From assembly GCA_965652295.1 (NCBI GenBank), contig CBFGTS010000001.1:544001-608000 (forward strand): a stretch of DNA of 64,000 nt. The letters run 5' to 3'. The translations under genes and the position numbers were made by a program. This stretch comes from an uncultured Haloferula sp. Lineage in GTDB: Bacteria; Verrucomicrobiota; Verrucomicrobiia; Verrucomicrobiales; Akkermansiaceae. A model generated the notes under the pieces. The model was not told where the DNA came from. It saw only the letters and a program-made list of their open reading frames with translations, and ran no database searches. Positions 54,638 to 63,582 of the stretch are shown here, one piece after another (the first letter of the stretch is position 1; each line of letters opens with the position of its first letter).

Positions 54638-55854
54638 ACGAATGGCCCAGTAGTACCCTTGGGGAACTTTATGAAATTGCCCGAGGCGGGTCGCCGAGGC
54701 CTATTAAATCCTTCGTTACGACCGCGCCAGACGGTCTGAATTGGATTCGGATCGGAGATGCCCCACCGGGCTCCAAGTATATTTTCAAGACCGAACAAAA
54801 GATCAAACCGAGCGGTTTGAAAAAATCCCGATTGGTGAACGAGGGTGATTTTATCCTCTCGAACTCGATGAGCTTCGGGCGTCCATATATCATGCGGACG
54901 ACTGGATGCATCCACGACGGTTGGTTGGTGCTAAAGCCCCGGGAGAAGAGCTTCGATCAGAACTTTGCCTATTACCTCCTTGGATCGCCGTTGATTTTTC
55001 AACAGTTTGACCAACTTGCTGGCGGGTCCGTCGTGCGCAACTTGAACTCTGATTTGGTTAGAGGTGTAACGGTCCCGGTCCCGCCCCTCTCCGAGCAGGA
55101 GCGGATCGTGGGGATTCTGGATGAAGCGTTTGAGGGGATCGCGACCGCCACCGCCCACGCCGAACGCAACCTCCACAACGCCCGTGAACTCTTCCAAAGC
55201 GTCCTCCAATCCACCTTCCGGCAGAAGGGCGAGGATTGGGTGGAGACGACAGTTGGTGAGATCTGCGAAATCACCCACGGCTTCGCGTTCAAAGGGCCTG
55301 ATTTCGCAAAGTCGGCCGATCCCGAGCTCCCGATCGTGCTTACACCCGGAGATTTCACCGAAGATGCTCGGCTCGATTTCGATCGGGAGAATACGAAGCG
55401 TCTGACGAGTTCACCCCCGAAGGACTACACGTTTGAGAAAGGCGATCTGGTAGTGGTAATGACAGACCTTTCTTCAAAAATGAAAATCCTCGGGAAGCCA
55501 GCCTTCATCGAGCGGGAGAACGTTCTTCATAATCAACGGATTGGGCGGGTGGTCTTTAGGAATGCTGAGGTGGATAAGAGGTTCCTGTATTACTACTTTC
55601 GAACACCGCACTTTTTGGAGGGAGTTAAATCCAGTGCGACCGGCACGATGGTGAAGCACACGGCACCAAAGAGGATTTGTGCTGCTGTTTTGTCGTATCC
55701 CGAATCATTTGCCACCCAACAGGCCATCGTCGCCAAGCTCGACGCCCTGTCCGCGGAGACACGGCGGCTGGAAGCGATCTACGAGCGCAAGCTCGCCGCG
55801 CTGGCGGAGCTGAAGCAATCCCTCCTCCACCGCGCTTTCTCCGGGAAGCTTTGA
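54634..55854 (+). CDS. hsdS: Type I restriction-modification specificity subunit
   Basis: Two TRDs separated by PVPPLSEQERIV...LQSTF and a terminal QQAIVAKLD...SLLHRAFSGKL; ATGA overlap with hsdM. Confidence 0.93.
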   Translation: MNEWPSSTLGELYEIARGGSPRPIKSFVTTAPDGLNWIRIGDAPPGSKYIFKTEQKIKPSGLKKSRLVNEGDFILSNSMSFGRPYIMRTTGCIHDGWLVLKPREKSFDQNFAYYLLGSPLIFQQFDQLAGGSVVRNLNSDLVRGVTVPVPPLSEQERIVGILDEAFEGIATATAHAERNLHNARELFQSVLQSTFRQKGEDWVETTVGEICEITHGFAFKGPDFAKSADPELPIVLTPGDFTEDARLDFDRENTKRLTSSPPKDYTFEKGDLVVVMTDLSSKMKILGKPAFIERENVLHNQRIGRVVFRNAEVDKRFLYYYFRTPHFLEGVKSSATGTMVKHTAPKRICAAVLSYPESFATQQAIVAKLDALSAETRRLEAIYERKLAALAELKQSLLHRAFSGKL

Positions 55855-55863
55855 GACGATGCC

Positions 55864-57252
55864 ATGAATCGGGATTACACGCTGACCGCCGACCAAGAGC
55901 CGATCATTGGACGGTTCTGGCTGCCTGGTGAGGAAGACGAGCACGAGTTTTCCGGTATTCTTCGTTTGCAAGCAGGCCAATCTGCTCATCTCGAAACTCA
56001 CGAATTCAACGATTTGGGAATGTTGAACATGTTTCCAAGTGTGAAGCGGTCAGGAAATGGAGAGGGGCTGCATTTGCAGGGAGAGGCTTTCGAGGCTGCC
56101 CGGCGTCTCCCAGCCTACAAGGTGCTTCACGGGCATGACGAGCATGGGAAAAAGATCACTCTGCTGCGTGCGTCGGCAAGGTCCAGCCGGAGCACGCTTG
56201 CCATGAGCCGCTTGGAGTTTTCGTCCCAAGCCGTGATCTTTGGCGAGAACTTCGATCCTCAAGCAGCCTCGTTTGCAGGGCTGCGAATGCGGGTGGATCA
56301 CCTCGACGAATGGTTGGGAAGGTGTGCGTTCCAGCACTTCAACGAGACCTTCTCTGAGGAAGACGGCCGCCGGCGATTGTCCAAGGTCACGATTCCGGTT
56401 GCGCGGAATGGCGCTATTTCTCTCGGGTTGCCGGGCTATCGGGGGAGTCGGTTTTTCTGCTCCTACACGATGAGCTATGACATCCAAAGATTCGAGATGA
56501 GCGGCTGCGTTTATCTGGACCTCATGTTCGAGACACCCCTGCCGTTCTGGGAGCTGATGGAGCATGTGCATCGCTGGGAGTGGTTCTTCAGTCTTGCCGC
56601 GGGAGATACGCTGGATCTTGCCTACCTTGAAATTTATCCAAGTGGTGGAGAGGATGATGGCTTTCCGAACGGAGGGTATCCGGTGTGGGTTCGAAGGAGG
56701 AATAATCCGACGCCTCGCGATTCCAAGTTTCGGAGCGAGGGCTTTCATTTCACTTATCCCGACACGGAGGCCGACTTTCCTGACATCGTGAGGCGCTGGC
56801 AGAATCTTCGGAATTCGTGGGATGCCGTGCTGCATCGATGGTATGCGGTGATGATTCCTCGGGACCTTTGGATCAACGAGCGATTCCTATTCTTGGCTCA
56901 GGGATTGGAATCCATGCATCGAGCCAAGCAGGGAGTCGCGGGACAGGTCGATTTGGCCACAGCGGCGAAGTGTGCTTGGGAGGCAGCCCCCCCGGAATTG
57001 AGAGAGATCCTGGGCAAGAAGCGGAATTTCAAGAAGCGCTACCGCAAGACCCGGAACTACTGGACCCACTACGGAGAGCCAAGTCCGGCGACGGATCCAG
57101 AGGTGCTGGATGACGACGAGCTCTTCTGTTTCACCGAGGCCCTTCGCTACGTCATCGAAGCGGCTCTGCTCACAGAACTTGGGGTCCCTGAAAGCTGTGT
57201 TCGCAAGGTCTGGAGCCAACGATGGAGAAGTCACCTTGTTGATTTCACCTAA
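55864..57252 (+). CDS. ApeA-like protein with C-terminal HEPN domain
   Basis: N-terminal GRFWLPG...FSGILRL pattern as in ApeA N-terminal domains; FLFLAQGLES helix and RNYWTH (RxxxxH) HEPN motif. Confidence 0.72.
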   Translation: MNRDYTLTADQEPIIGRFWLPGEEDEHEFSGILRLQAGQSAHLETHEFNDLGMLNMFPSVKRSGNGEGLHLQGEAFEAARRLPAYKVLHGHDEHGKKITLLRASARSSRSTLAMSRLEFSSQAVIFGENFDPQAASFAGLRMRVDHLDEWLGRCAFQHFNETFSEEDGRRRLSKVTIPVARNGAISLGLPGYRGSRFFCSYTMSYDIQRFEMSGCVYLDLMFETPLPFWELMEHVHRWEWFFSLAAGDTLDLAYLEIYPSGGEDDGFPNGGYPVWVRRRNNPTPRDSKFRSEGFHFTYPDTEADFPDIVRRWQNLRNSWDAVLHRWYAVMIPRDLWINERFLFLAQGLESMHRAKQGVAGQVDLATAAKCAWEAAPPELREILGKKRNFKKRYRKTRNYWTHYGEPSPATDPEVLDDDELFCFTEALRYVIEAALLTELGVPESCVRKVWSQRWRSHLVDFT

Positions 57253-57267
57253 AGCGCGTTTGTAGCC

Positions 57268-57741
57268 ATGCCTCCCACCTTCCGCCACTCCGCTGCCTTC
57301 GGGAAACGAATCGAATTCTACGTCGTCGGTCTCATGCTCAAAGAGGGATTGGACGTTTATCTGCCGTTGGTGGACGACAACCCCATCGACGCCGTGGTGA
57401 AGCGCCCGGACGGACGCTTCGTCGAGGTGCAGATCAAGGCGCGGTCAAAGAACTGCAATTTCGGTGACGGGGCCCTTTTTGCCGCCCTGACGCACGAGCT
57501 CCGTCCGAATTACTGGTTCGTCTTTTACTCGGAGCGGATGGAGACGATCTGGATCATGTCGTCGAACGAGTTCATCGAGCATTCGCACCAAAACAAGAAC
57601 GGAAAGAATGCCGGTAAACGCACGGTGTGGTTCAACGGCAAGAACACCAAGGCAGGCACCGAGCACGTGAAGCCGCAGTTCGAGAGGTTTGTGGCGTCGG
57701 ATTTTCGGCGCATTCTGGAAGAAGATCCGGACCAGACGTAG
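57268..57741 (+). CDS. Small PD-(D/E)xK-like nuclease-fold protein
   Basis: GKRIE...PLVDDNPIDAVV...VEVQIKAR fits the E...D...QxK restriction-endonuclease-like pattern. Confidence 0.65.
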   Translation: MPPTFRHSAAFGKRIEFYVVGLMLKEGLDVYLPLVDDNPIDAVVKRPDGRFVEVQIKARSKNCNFGDGALFAALTHELRPNYWFVFYSERMETIWIMSSNEFIEHSHQNKNGKNAGKRTVWFNGKNTKAGTEHVKPQFERFVASDFRRILEEDPDQT

Positions 57742-57820
57742 AAGCGGACCGCTTGTTCTGGTCACTTGCCGGATTCGGGCTTGTCACGCTGCTGACGGAA
57801 ATACTATTCACCAGAACATC

Positions 57821-58711
57821 ATGCGCCTGCTCCATCGCCAGAAGCTCCTCCTTTCCCTCGTCCAAGCGGCGGGAGGGACGCTGGGTGCCACGGACGTGCA
57901 GAAGCTGCTCTTCCTCTACACGCGGAAGTGGGAGCGGGAGGCGTCATTCCAATTCGTGCCCTACCGATTCGGATGCTTTTCGTTCCAGTCCTACGCGGAT
58001 CGTAAGTATCTGGAGCAGAAGGGATTGCTGGTGGTCGATGAGAACAACCGCTGGGAGATCACGGCCAAAGCCAAGCCCTTCGTGCCGCAGGACGTGACGG
58101 CACGGTTACGGATCTTCGTAGACCGCACGGTGCCGGAGCGCGGAAGGGCTCTGGTGGAGCGCGTTTATCGGGAGGATCCGTTTTTCGCCACCCGCAGCGA
58201 GATGCTCCCGGAAGTGATTCCCTCGGCAAAGGAGCGGAAAGACCTGCTTTCGTCGGTCCCTGTCCCGACGGGGCGAGCCTTGTTCACGATCGGCTACGAG
58301 GGCGACAGCATCGATGGCTACCTTCAGCGCCTCATCCGGAACCGTGTGAAGCTGCTTTGCGACGTGAGGCGGAATCCGCTGAGCCGGAAGACAGGATTCT
58401 CCAAGAACCAGCTTGCGACGTATTGCAGCCGGGTGGGTATCGGCTACCTCCACGTGCCGGAGCTGGGCATTCCCGGCCACCGGCGGATGGAACTGAACAG
58501 CCAGGCCGACTACGACGCGCTCTTCGCCGAGTATGAGGTGGAGGACCTCCCACAGCAGGAGGATGCGGTGGCGCGATTGGTGAACCTGCTGGATGAACAT
58601 GAGCGGATTGCGCTTACCTGCTTCGAGAAGGAACCGCACTGCTGCCACCGCCACTGCGTGGCCGAGGCCATGGAAAAGCTGCCTGGCTGTCCGGTGGCCC
58701 AACACATCTAG
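57821..58711 (+). CDS. DUF488 family protein with N-terminal winged-helix-like domain
   Basis: LFTIGYEG, LCDVRRNPLSRKTGFSK and LTCFEKEPHCCHR; N-terminal VQKLLFL...FVPYRFG; start moved to ATG 57821. Confidence 0.8.
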   Translation: MRLLHRQKLLLSLVQAAGGTLGATDVQKLLFLYTRKWEREASFQFVPYRFGCFSFQSYADRKYLEQKGLLVVDENNRWEITAKAKPFVPQDVTARLRIFVDRTVPERGRALVERVYREDPFFATRSEMLPEVIPSAKERKDLLSSVPVPTGRALFTIGYEGDSIDGYLQRLIRNRVKLLCDVRRNPLSRKTGFSKNQLATYCSRVGIGYLHVPELGIPGHRRMELNSQADYDALFAEYEVEDLPQQEDAVARLVNLLDEHERIALTCFEKEPHCCHRHCVAEAMEKLPGCPVAQHI

Positions 58712-58724
58712 CCGTTTCTCCACC

Positions 58725-59555
58725 ATGGCCACCGAGCGTATTTTGATCACCGTCAAAACCTACCCGACGCTCTCTTCGAAATACGGCGAACTCGTTTGCA
58801 CCGCCGGCTTGCGCGAGGACGGATCGTGGATCCGCATCTACCCGATCCCGTTCCGTAGCCTTGAAGAATACAAGAGGTTCGAGAAATGGCGCTTCATCAC
58901 GGTGAACGTCCACCGGAACGCCAGAGATTCCCGCCCGGAGAGCCACAAGATCGATATCACCACCTTGCAGCTCGCCGAGGACCGGCTCGACACGAAGGAC
59001 TGCTGGCGCGAGCGGCGCCGGTGGGTGCTGGGTGCAGGAGAGGTTCACACGAACCTTACGCGCTTGATCGAGCTGGCGAACCGCGAGAACAGCCTCTCGC
59101 TAGCCACTTTCAAGCCGGCACGGATGCTCGACTTCGTGGTGGAGGCGGATGAACGGGAGTGGTCGCCGGACAAGGTGGCCGCCATCTCGCAAGCCTCGCT
59201 CCAAGAGGAGATGTTTCCCGAGTTCCGCCCGGAGAAGCTGACCAAGCTCGTGGAAAAGCTGCCGTTCAAGTTTTCCTACCTGATCGAAGATGACGAAGGG
59301 CGGAAGTCGAAGATGATGATCGAGGACTGGGAGATCGGGGCGCTCTACTGGAACACCCTGAAGTCCTACGGCGATGAGAGCTCGGCGTTGGAGAAGGTTC
59401 GCGAGCAGTATTGGGACAATTTCATCAAGAAGGACCTTCACCTCTTCTTGGGGACGACCCGAGAATGGCACGGCCGAGGCAAGAACCCCTTCGTGATCAT
59501 CGGGGTGTTTTATCCCGACCATCAACTGCAGCAGGAACTCGATCTCTTCGGTTGA
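58725..59555 (+). CDS. Conserved hypothetical protein downstream of DUF488 (possible OB-fold nucleic-acid-binding protein)
   Basis: Start ATG 58725; ITVKTYP...VCTAG...WIRIYPIPFR...DSRPES...IEDWEIG...FLGT...IIGVFYP; gene-like codon usage and tight spacing. Confidence 0.7.
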   Translation: MATERILITVKTYPTLSSKYGELVCTAGLREDGSWIRIYPIPFRSLEEYKRFEKWRFITVNVHRNARDSRPESHKIDITTLQLAEDRLDTKDCWRERRRWVLGAGEVHTNLTRLIELANRENSLSLATFKPARMLDFVVEADEREWSPDKVAAISQASLQEEMFPEFRPEKLTKLVEKLPFKFSYLIEDDEGRKSKMMIEDWEIGALYWNTLKSYGDESSALEKVREQYWDNFIKKDLHLFLGTTREWHGRGKNPFVIIGVFYPDHQLQQELDLFG

Positions 59556-59642
59556 GAAGACCAGAATGCTTCAGAAGCTCCTTTCGGAGCTGTCTTCTTC
59601 TGCTAGGCATACTTGCGCCTCCGGGTTAGAGCTAGCCCGTTC

Positions 59643-61973
59643 ATGAACGAGTCCGAAACCCGTGCCGAACTGATCGACCCTGCCCTCAAGGCGGCGGGGT
59701 GGGGGGTGACCGACGGCAGCCGGATTCTGCGGGAGCGGAATTGCCAGATCACGCCGGGGCGGCTGCAAGGGGCGGGACAGCGGGCCAAGGCGGAGATCGC
59801 CGACTACATTCTGGTGTTCCGGAACCGCAAGCTGGCGGTGATCGAGGCGAAGAAGCGGGATGCTCCGCTGACGCTCGGGGTGGGGCAGGCCAAGCAGTAT
59901 GCGGGAAAGCTGCAATTGCGATTCGCCTACTCGACGAACGGTCTTGGCGTGTATGAGATCGACATGGACTCGGGGAAGGAGGCGGAGCTTCCGGCTTTTC
60001 CGACTCCTGAAGAACTCTGGCAGCGGACCTTCGCCGAGGAGAGCGATTGGCGGAATCGGTTCGCTGCGATTCCCTTCGAGGACAAGGGCGGCACCTTCCA
60101 GGCCCGGTATTACCAGGATCTTGCGATCCAGCGGACGCTGGATGCCATCGCCGCCGGACAGACGCGGATGCTGCTGACGCTGGCGACCGGAACAGGAAAG
60201 ACCTTCATTGCCTTCCAGATCGCGTGGAAACTCTTCCACGCGAAGTGGAACATCGGCGGCGAGCCGACGCGGAGGCCGCGAATCCTCTTCTTGGCCGACC
60301 GCAACATCCTCGCGAACCAGGCCTTCAATGCGTTCTCGGCCTTTGACGACGACGCGCTCGTGAGAATCGAGCCGGATGCGGTGCGGAAGAAGGGCATGGT
60401 GCCGAAGAATGGCAGCGTGTTTTTCACCATCTTCCAGACCTTCATGTCGGGCTTCGACTACGCGACGAATGAAGCAAAGCCCTATTTCGGAGACTATCCG
60501 GCGGACTTTTTCGATTTCATCGTCATCGACGAATGCCACCGCGGCGGGGCGAAGGATGAGAGCACCTGGCGGGGCATTCTGGAGTATTTCTCCCCGGCAG
60601 TGCAGCTCGGTCTGACGGCGACGCCGCTACGCAAGCACAACGCGGACACCTACGCCTACTTCGGTGAGCCGATCTTCACCTATGCCCTGAAGGACGGGAT
60701 CAACGACGGTTTCCTGACGCCGTTCAAGGTGAACCAGATTTCGACCACGCTGGACGACTACGTTTACACGGCGGATGATGAGCTCATCGATGGCGACATC
60801 GAAGTCGGCAAACTCTACGACGAGGAGGATTTCAACAAGCGGATCGAGATCCGTGAGCGCGAAGCCAAGCGGGTGGAGATCTTCATGGGAATGATCGACC
60901 CGCGGGAGAAGACGATCGTTTTCTGCGCGACACAGCTTCACGCGCTGGTCGTGCGGGACCTGATCAATCAGATGAAGACGGTGAACGACCCGAACTACTG
61001 CGCACGGGTGACTGCCGATGACGGGGCCCTGGGCGAGATGCATCTGAAGCATTTCCAGGACAACGAGAAGACGATCCCGACAATCCTGACGACTTCGCAG
61101 AAGCTCTCGACGGGTGTGGATGCTCGGAACGTCCGTCACATCGTGCTCATGCGGCCGGTGAACTCGATGATCGAGTTCAAGCAAATCATCGGCCGCGGGA
61201 CGCGTCTCTTTGACGGCAAGGATTACTTCACGATCCACGATTTCGTGAAGGCCTACACCCACTTTTCGGACCCGGAATGGGATGGAGAGCCGGTCGATCC
61301 TGAGACCCCGAAGCCGAGACAGCCGGGAGGCGATGGCGAGCCTCCAGTGCTCCCTCCCACCGGCGGCCCCGAGCCGGCTTCGCGCATGGCGCGGGTGACC
61401 TTGGCGGATGGAAAGGCAAGGCAGATCCAGCATATGGTGAAAACCAGCTTCTGGGGCCCGGATGGAACGCCGCTGTCCTCGGAGGAATTCTTGCAGCGAC
61501 TCTACGGGGATCTGCCGGAGTTTTTCAGGGACGAGCAGGAGTTACGTGATCTCTGGAGCGACCCGACGACCCGTAAGCGGTTGTTCGAGGGGTTGGCGGA
61601 CAAGGGCTATTCTTCAGAGCATTTGAAGCAGATGAGAAAGCTCATCGGTGCGGAAAACAGCGACCTGTTTGACGTGCTGGCCTATGTGTCGTTCGCGCTT
61701 GAGCCCGTGACGCGGGAGAAGCGGGTGGTGGAGCACAAGGATCTGATTTTCTCCCACTACGAGGACAAGCAGCAGGCGTTTCTGGACTTCGTGCTGGCTC
61801 AGTATGTGAAGCTGGGCGTTGAGGAACTGGGGGTGGAGAAACTGCCCGCCCTACTGGAACTCAAGTATCACAGCCTGCACGACGCCGGGGAAGCATTGGG
61901 AGAAGCGCCCAAAATCCGAAATCTCTTCACAGGATTCCAGAGACACCTATTCGACGGTAAGGAAACGGCATGA
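59643..61973 (+). CDS. hsdR: Type I restriction endonuclease subunit R (EcoAI/EcoEI-like)
   Basis: NESETRAELID, ADYIL...VIEAK nuclease motif, ATGTGKT, DECHRG, GLTATP and QIIGRGTR; start ATG 59643. Confidence 0.95.
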   Translation: MNESETRAELIDPALKAAGWGVTDGSRILRERNCQITPGRLQGAGQRAKAEIADYILVFRNRKLAVIEAKKRDAPLTLGVGQAKQYAGKLQLRFAYSTNGLGVYEIDMDSGKEAELPAFPTPEELWQRTFAEESDWRNRFAAIPFEDKGGTFQARYYQDLAIQRTLDAIAAGQTRMLLTLATGTGKTFIAFQIAWKLFHAKWNIGGEPTRRPRILFLADRNILANQAFNAFSAFDDDALVRIEPDAVRKKGMVPKNGSVFFTIFQTFMSGFDYATNEAKPYFGDYPADFFDFIVIDECHRGGAKDESTWRGILEYFSPAVQLGLTATPLRKHNADTYAYFGEPIFTYALKDGINDGFLTPFKVNQISTTLDDYVYTADDELIDGDIEVGKLYDEEDFNKRIEIREREAKRVEIFMGMIDPREKTIVFCATQLHALVVRDLINQMKTVNDPNYCARVTADDGALGEMHLKHFQDNEKTIPTILTTSQKLSTGVDARNVRHIVLMRPVNSMIEFKQIIGRGTRLFDGKDYFTIHDFVKAYTHFSDPEWDGEPVDPETPKPRQPGGDGEPPVLPPTGGPEPASRMARVTLADGKARQIQHMVKTSFWGPDGTPLSSEEFLQRLYGDLPEFFRDEQELRDLWSDPTTRKRLFEGLADKGYSSEHLKQMRKLIGAENSDLFDVLAYVSFALEPVTREKRVVEHKDLIFSHYEDKQQAFLDFVLAQYVKLGVEELGVEKLPALLELKYHSLHDAGEALGEAPKIRNLFTGFQRHLFDGKETA

Positions 61974-62072
61974 CATTCAAGCGTCAGACCGAGAGTCGCG
62001 AAAGGGGCTTTGACGAGATCTCGAGGGGTAACCTCGATATGTTCTAACGATTTTGGCGAGCTCGGACCGCCC

Positions 62073-63557
62073 TCACTGCCACTTCCAGTCCGATCTTCTG
62101 ATCCATTGGAGGGCTTCCTTGACGTCCACGCCCTTCCGCGCGTTTCGTGCAAAGAGCGCTTTCCGCTTGTCCCAGGTCCGCTGCTCGAATGAGGAGGGTT
62201 CGTAATGTTTCTCATACGGTGCCTGGTTGCCGACGAGCATGACGAGGAAGCCCTCGATGCCGAAATCGTTGGACGCCGGAGGCAGGAAATGCCGGGCGAC
62301 ATTCGAGGGCCCGGTTTCCCGGTAGAACTGAAGGAGCTCGGCGATGCCGGAGAGATCGGTCTCTTCCCGACACCGGCGCCAGAAGTCGGTGGTTCCCGCT
62401 TGGTTGAGCTGATAGTGGAGGCCGAGGAAATCCCGGATGATCTCCCAGTTTCGGTAGCGGTTTTCGTTGTAGAGCTGCCGGACGGCGGGAGTCGGCTCGA
62501 GTTGCGAATGAATGAGAAGACCGGCCAGTCCGCGGCATTGGGAGCAGATGATCATCAGCGCGGTGGCTTCCAGCGGCTCGACGAATCCCGAGGAATTGCC
62601 GATCGCGATCACGTTGTCCACCCAGGTGCGGCGATGGCACCCGGAGCGGAAACGGATGATTCGGGGCGAGTCCGGAACCTTCGGATTCTTCCGGCGGAAT
62701 TCTCCAAACGCCGCGTCGTCTGAAATCATGTCCGAGCAATAGACATAGCCGCGATTCACGTGCTCTTCGTGCTCGATCTTCCAGCTCCACCCGTAATTCA
62801 TCGCCTCGGCGGTGGTGTAGGCCATGATCGGCTCGTCGTCGCCGCGCTGCCATCCGCCCACGACCGCACGGTCGCAGAACAGGGTTTTGTTGAAATTCTC
62901 GAAAGGCTCTTCGAGCACCTTGCCCAGTAGTTCGCTGCCGAAGCCGCTGGCGTCCACGTAAAGGTCCGCCTCGATTTTCCGGCCATCGGTGAGGTGAACG
63001 GCGGTGATGCCTCCGGGCCCGCGTTGTGCGCCGGACATGGTTCCGTTCGTGATGACGACCTTGGACTCGATGACCTCCTTTTCCAGCGTCTCGACAAACC
63101 GGTGGTTCTCGATGTGAAACGCGGTCTTGAAGGGGATCACGGGACTGCCGTTCGCGTTGCGTGCAAAGGCCTTGCCGGCGCTCATCAGCGCGGACTCCGG
63201 ATCGACATCGTTGAAATCCTCGTCGCAGTAGAAGCCGCTGGGCATCTTGAGGTCATCGTACTGCCGGTCGAGCTGGTGGCTGAAGGTGTAGTTGAAGATT
63301 TCACGACTTCCCCATTCGAAGCGGATGCCCAGTTTCCAGGTCGGCTGGGCCATCTTGTAAAATCTTTCCTGTTTGATCCCCAGATAATCGAAGAGGTGCT
63401 CGGGAACGTTCGGAGTGGTTCCTTCCCCGACCCCGATGACGCCCAGATTGGGATCGCGGAGGATCTCGATATCCAGGGACGGGATCTTCCTCTTGAGGGT
63501 GAGCGCGGCGAGAAGCCCCGCGCTTCCACTGCCTAGAACCAGCACCTTTCTGATCAT
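62073..63557 (-). CDS. Flavin-dependent halogenase family protein (tryptophan-halogenase-like)
   Basis: GSGSAG, IGVGEGT, TWKLGI, GWSWKI and GFVEPLE; start moved to ATG 63557 (MIRKVLVLG). Confidence 0.88.
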   Translation of the reverse strand: MIRKVLVLGSGSAGLLAALTLKRKIPSLDIEILRDPNLGVIGVGEGTTPNVPEHLFDYLGIKQERFYKMAQPTWKLGIRFEWGSREIFNYTFSHQLDRQYDDLKMPSGFYCDEDFNDVDPESALMSAGKAFARNANGSPVIPFKTAFHIENHRFVETLEKEVIESKVVITNGTMSGAQRGPGGITAVHLTDGRKIEADLYVDASGFGSELLGKVLEEPFENFNKTLFCDRAVVGGWQRGDDEPIMAYTTAEAMNYGWSWKIEHEEHVNRGYVYCSDMISDDAAFGEFRRKNPKVPDSPRIIRFRSGCHRRTWVDNVIAIGNSSGFVEPLEATALMIICSQCRGLAGLLIHSQLEPTPAVRQLYNENRYRNWEIIRDFLGLHYQLNQAGTTDFWRRCREETDLSGIAELLQFYRETGPSNVARHFLPPASNDFGIEGFLVMLVGNQAPYEKHYEPSSFEQRTWDKRKALFARNARKGVDVKEALQWIRRSDWKWQ

Positions 63558-63582
63558 ATGATTGACGGGGGGGTGGTGAATG

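Noticed and set aside
61970..62047. 25-codon ORF (MTFKRQTESRERGFDEISRGNLDMF) overlapping the hsdR stop
   Set aside because: Too short and without motifs; it could be a remnant or chance, and cannot be supported.
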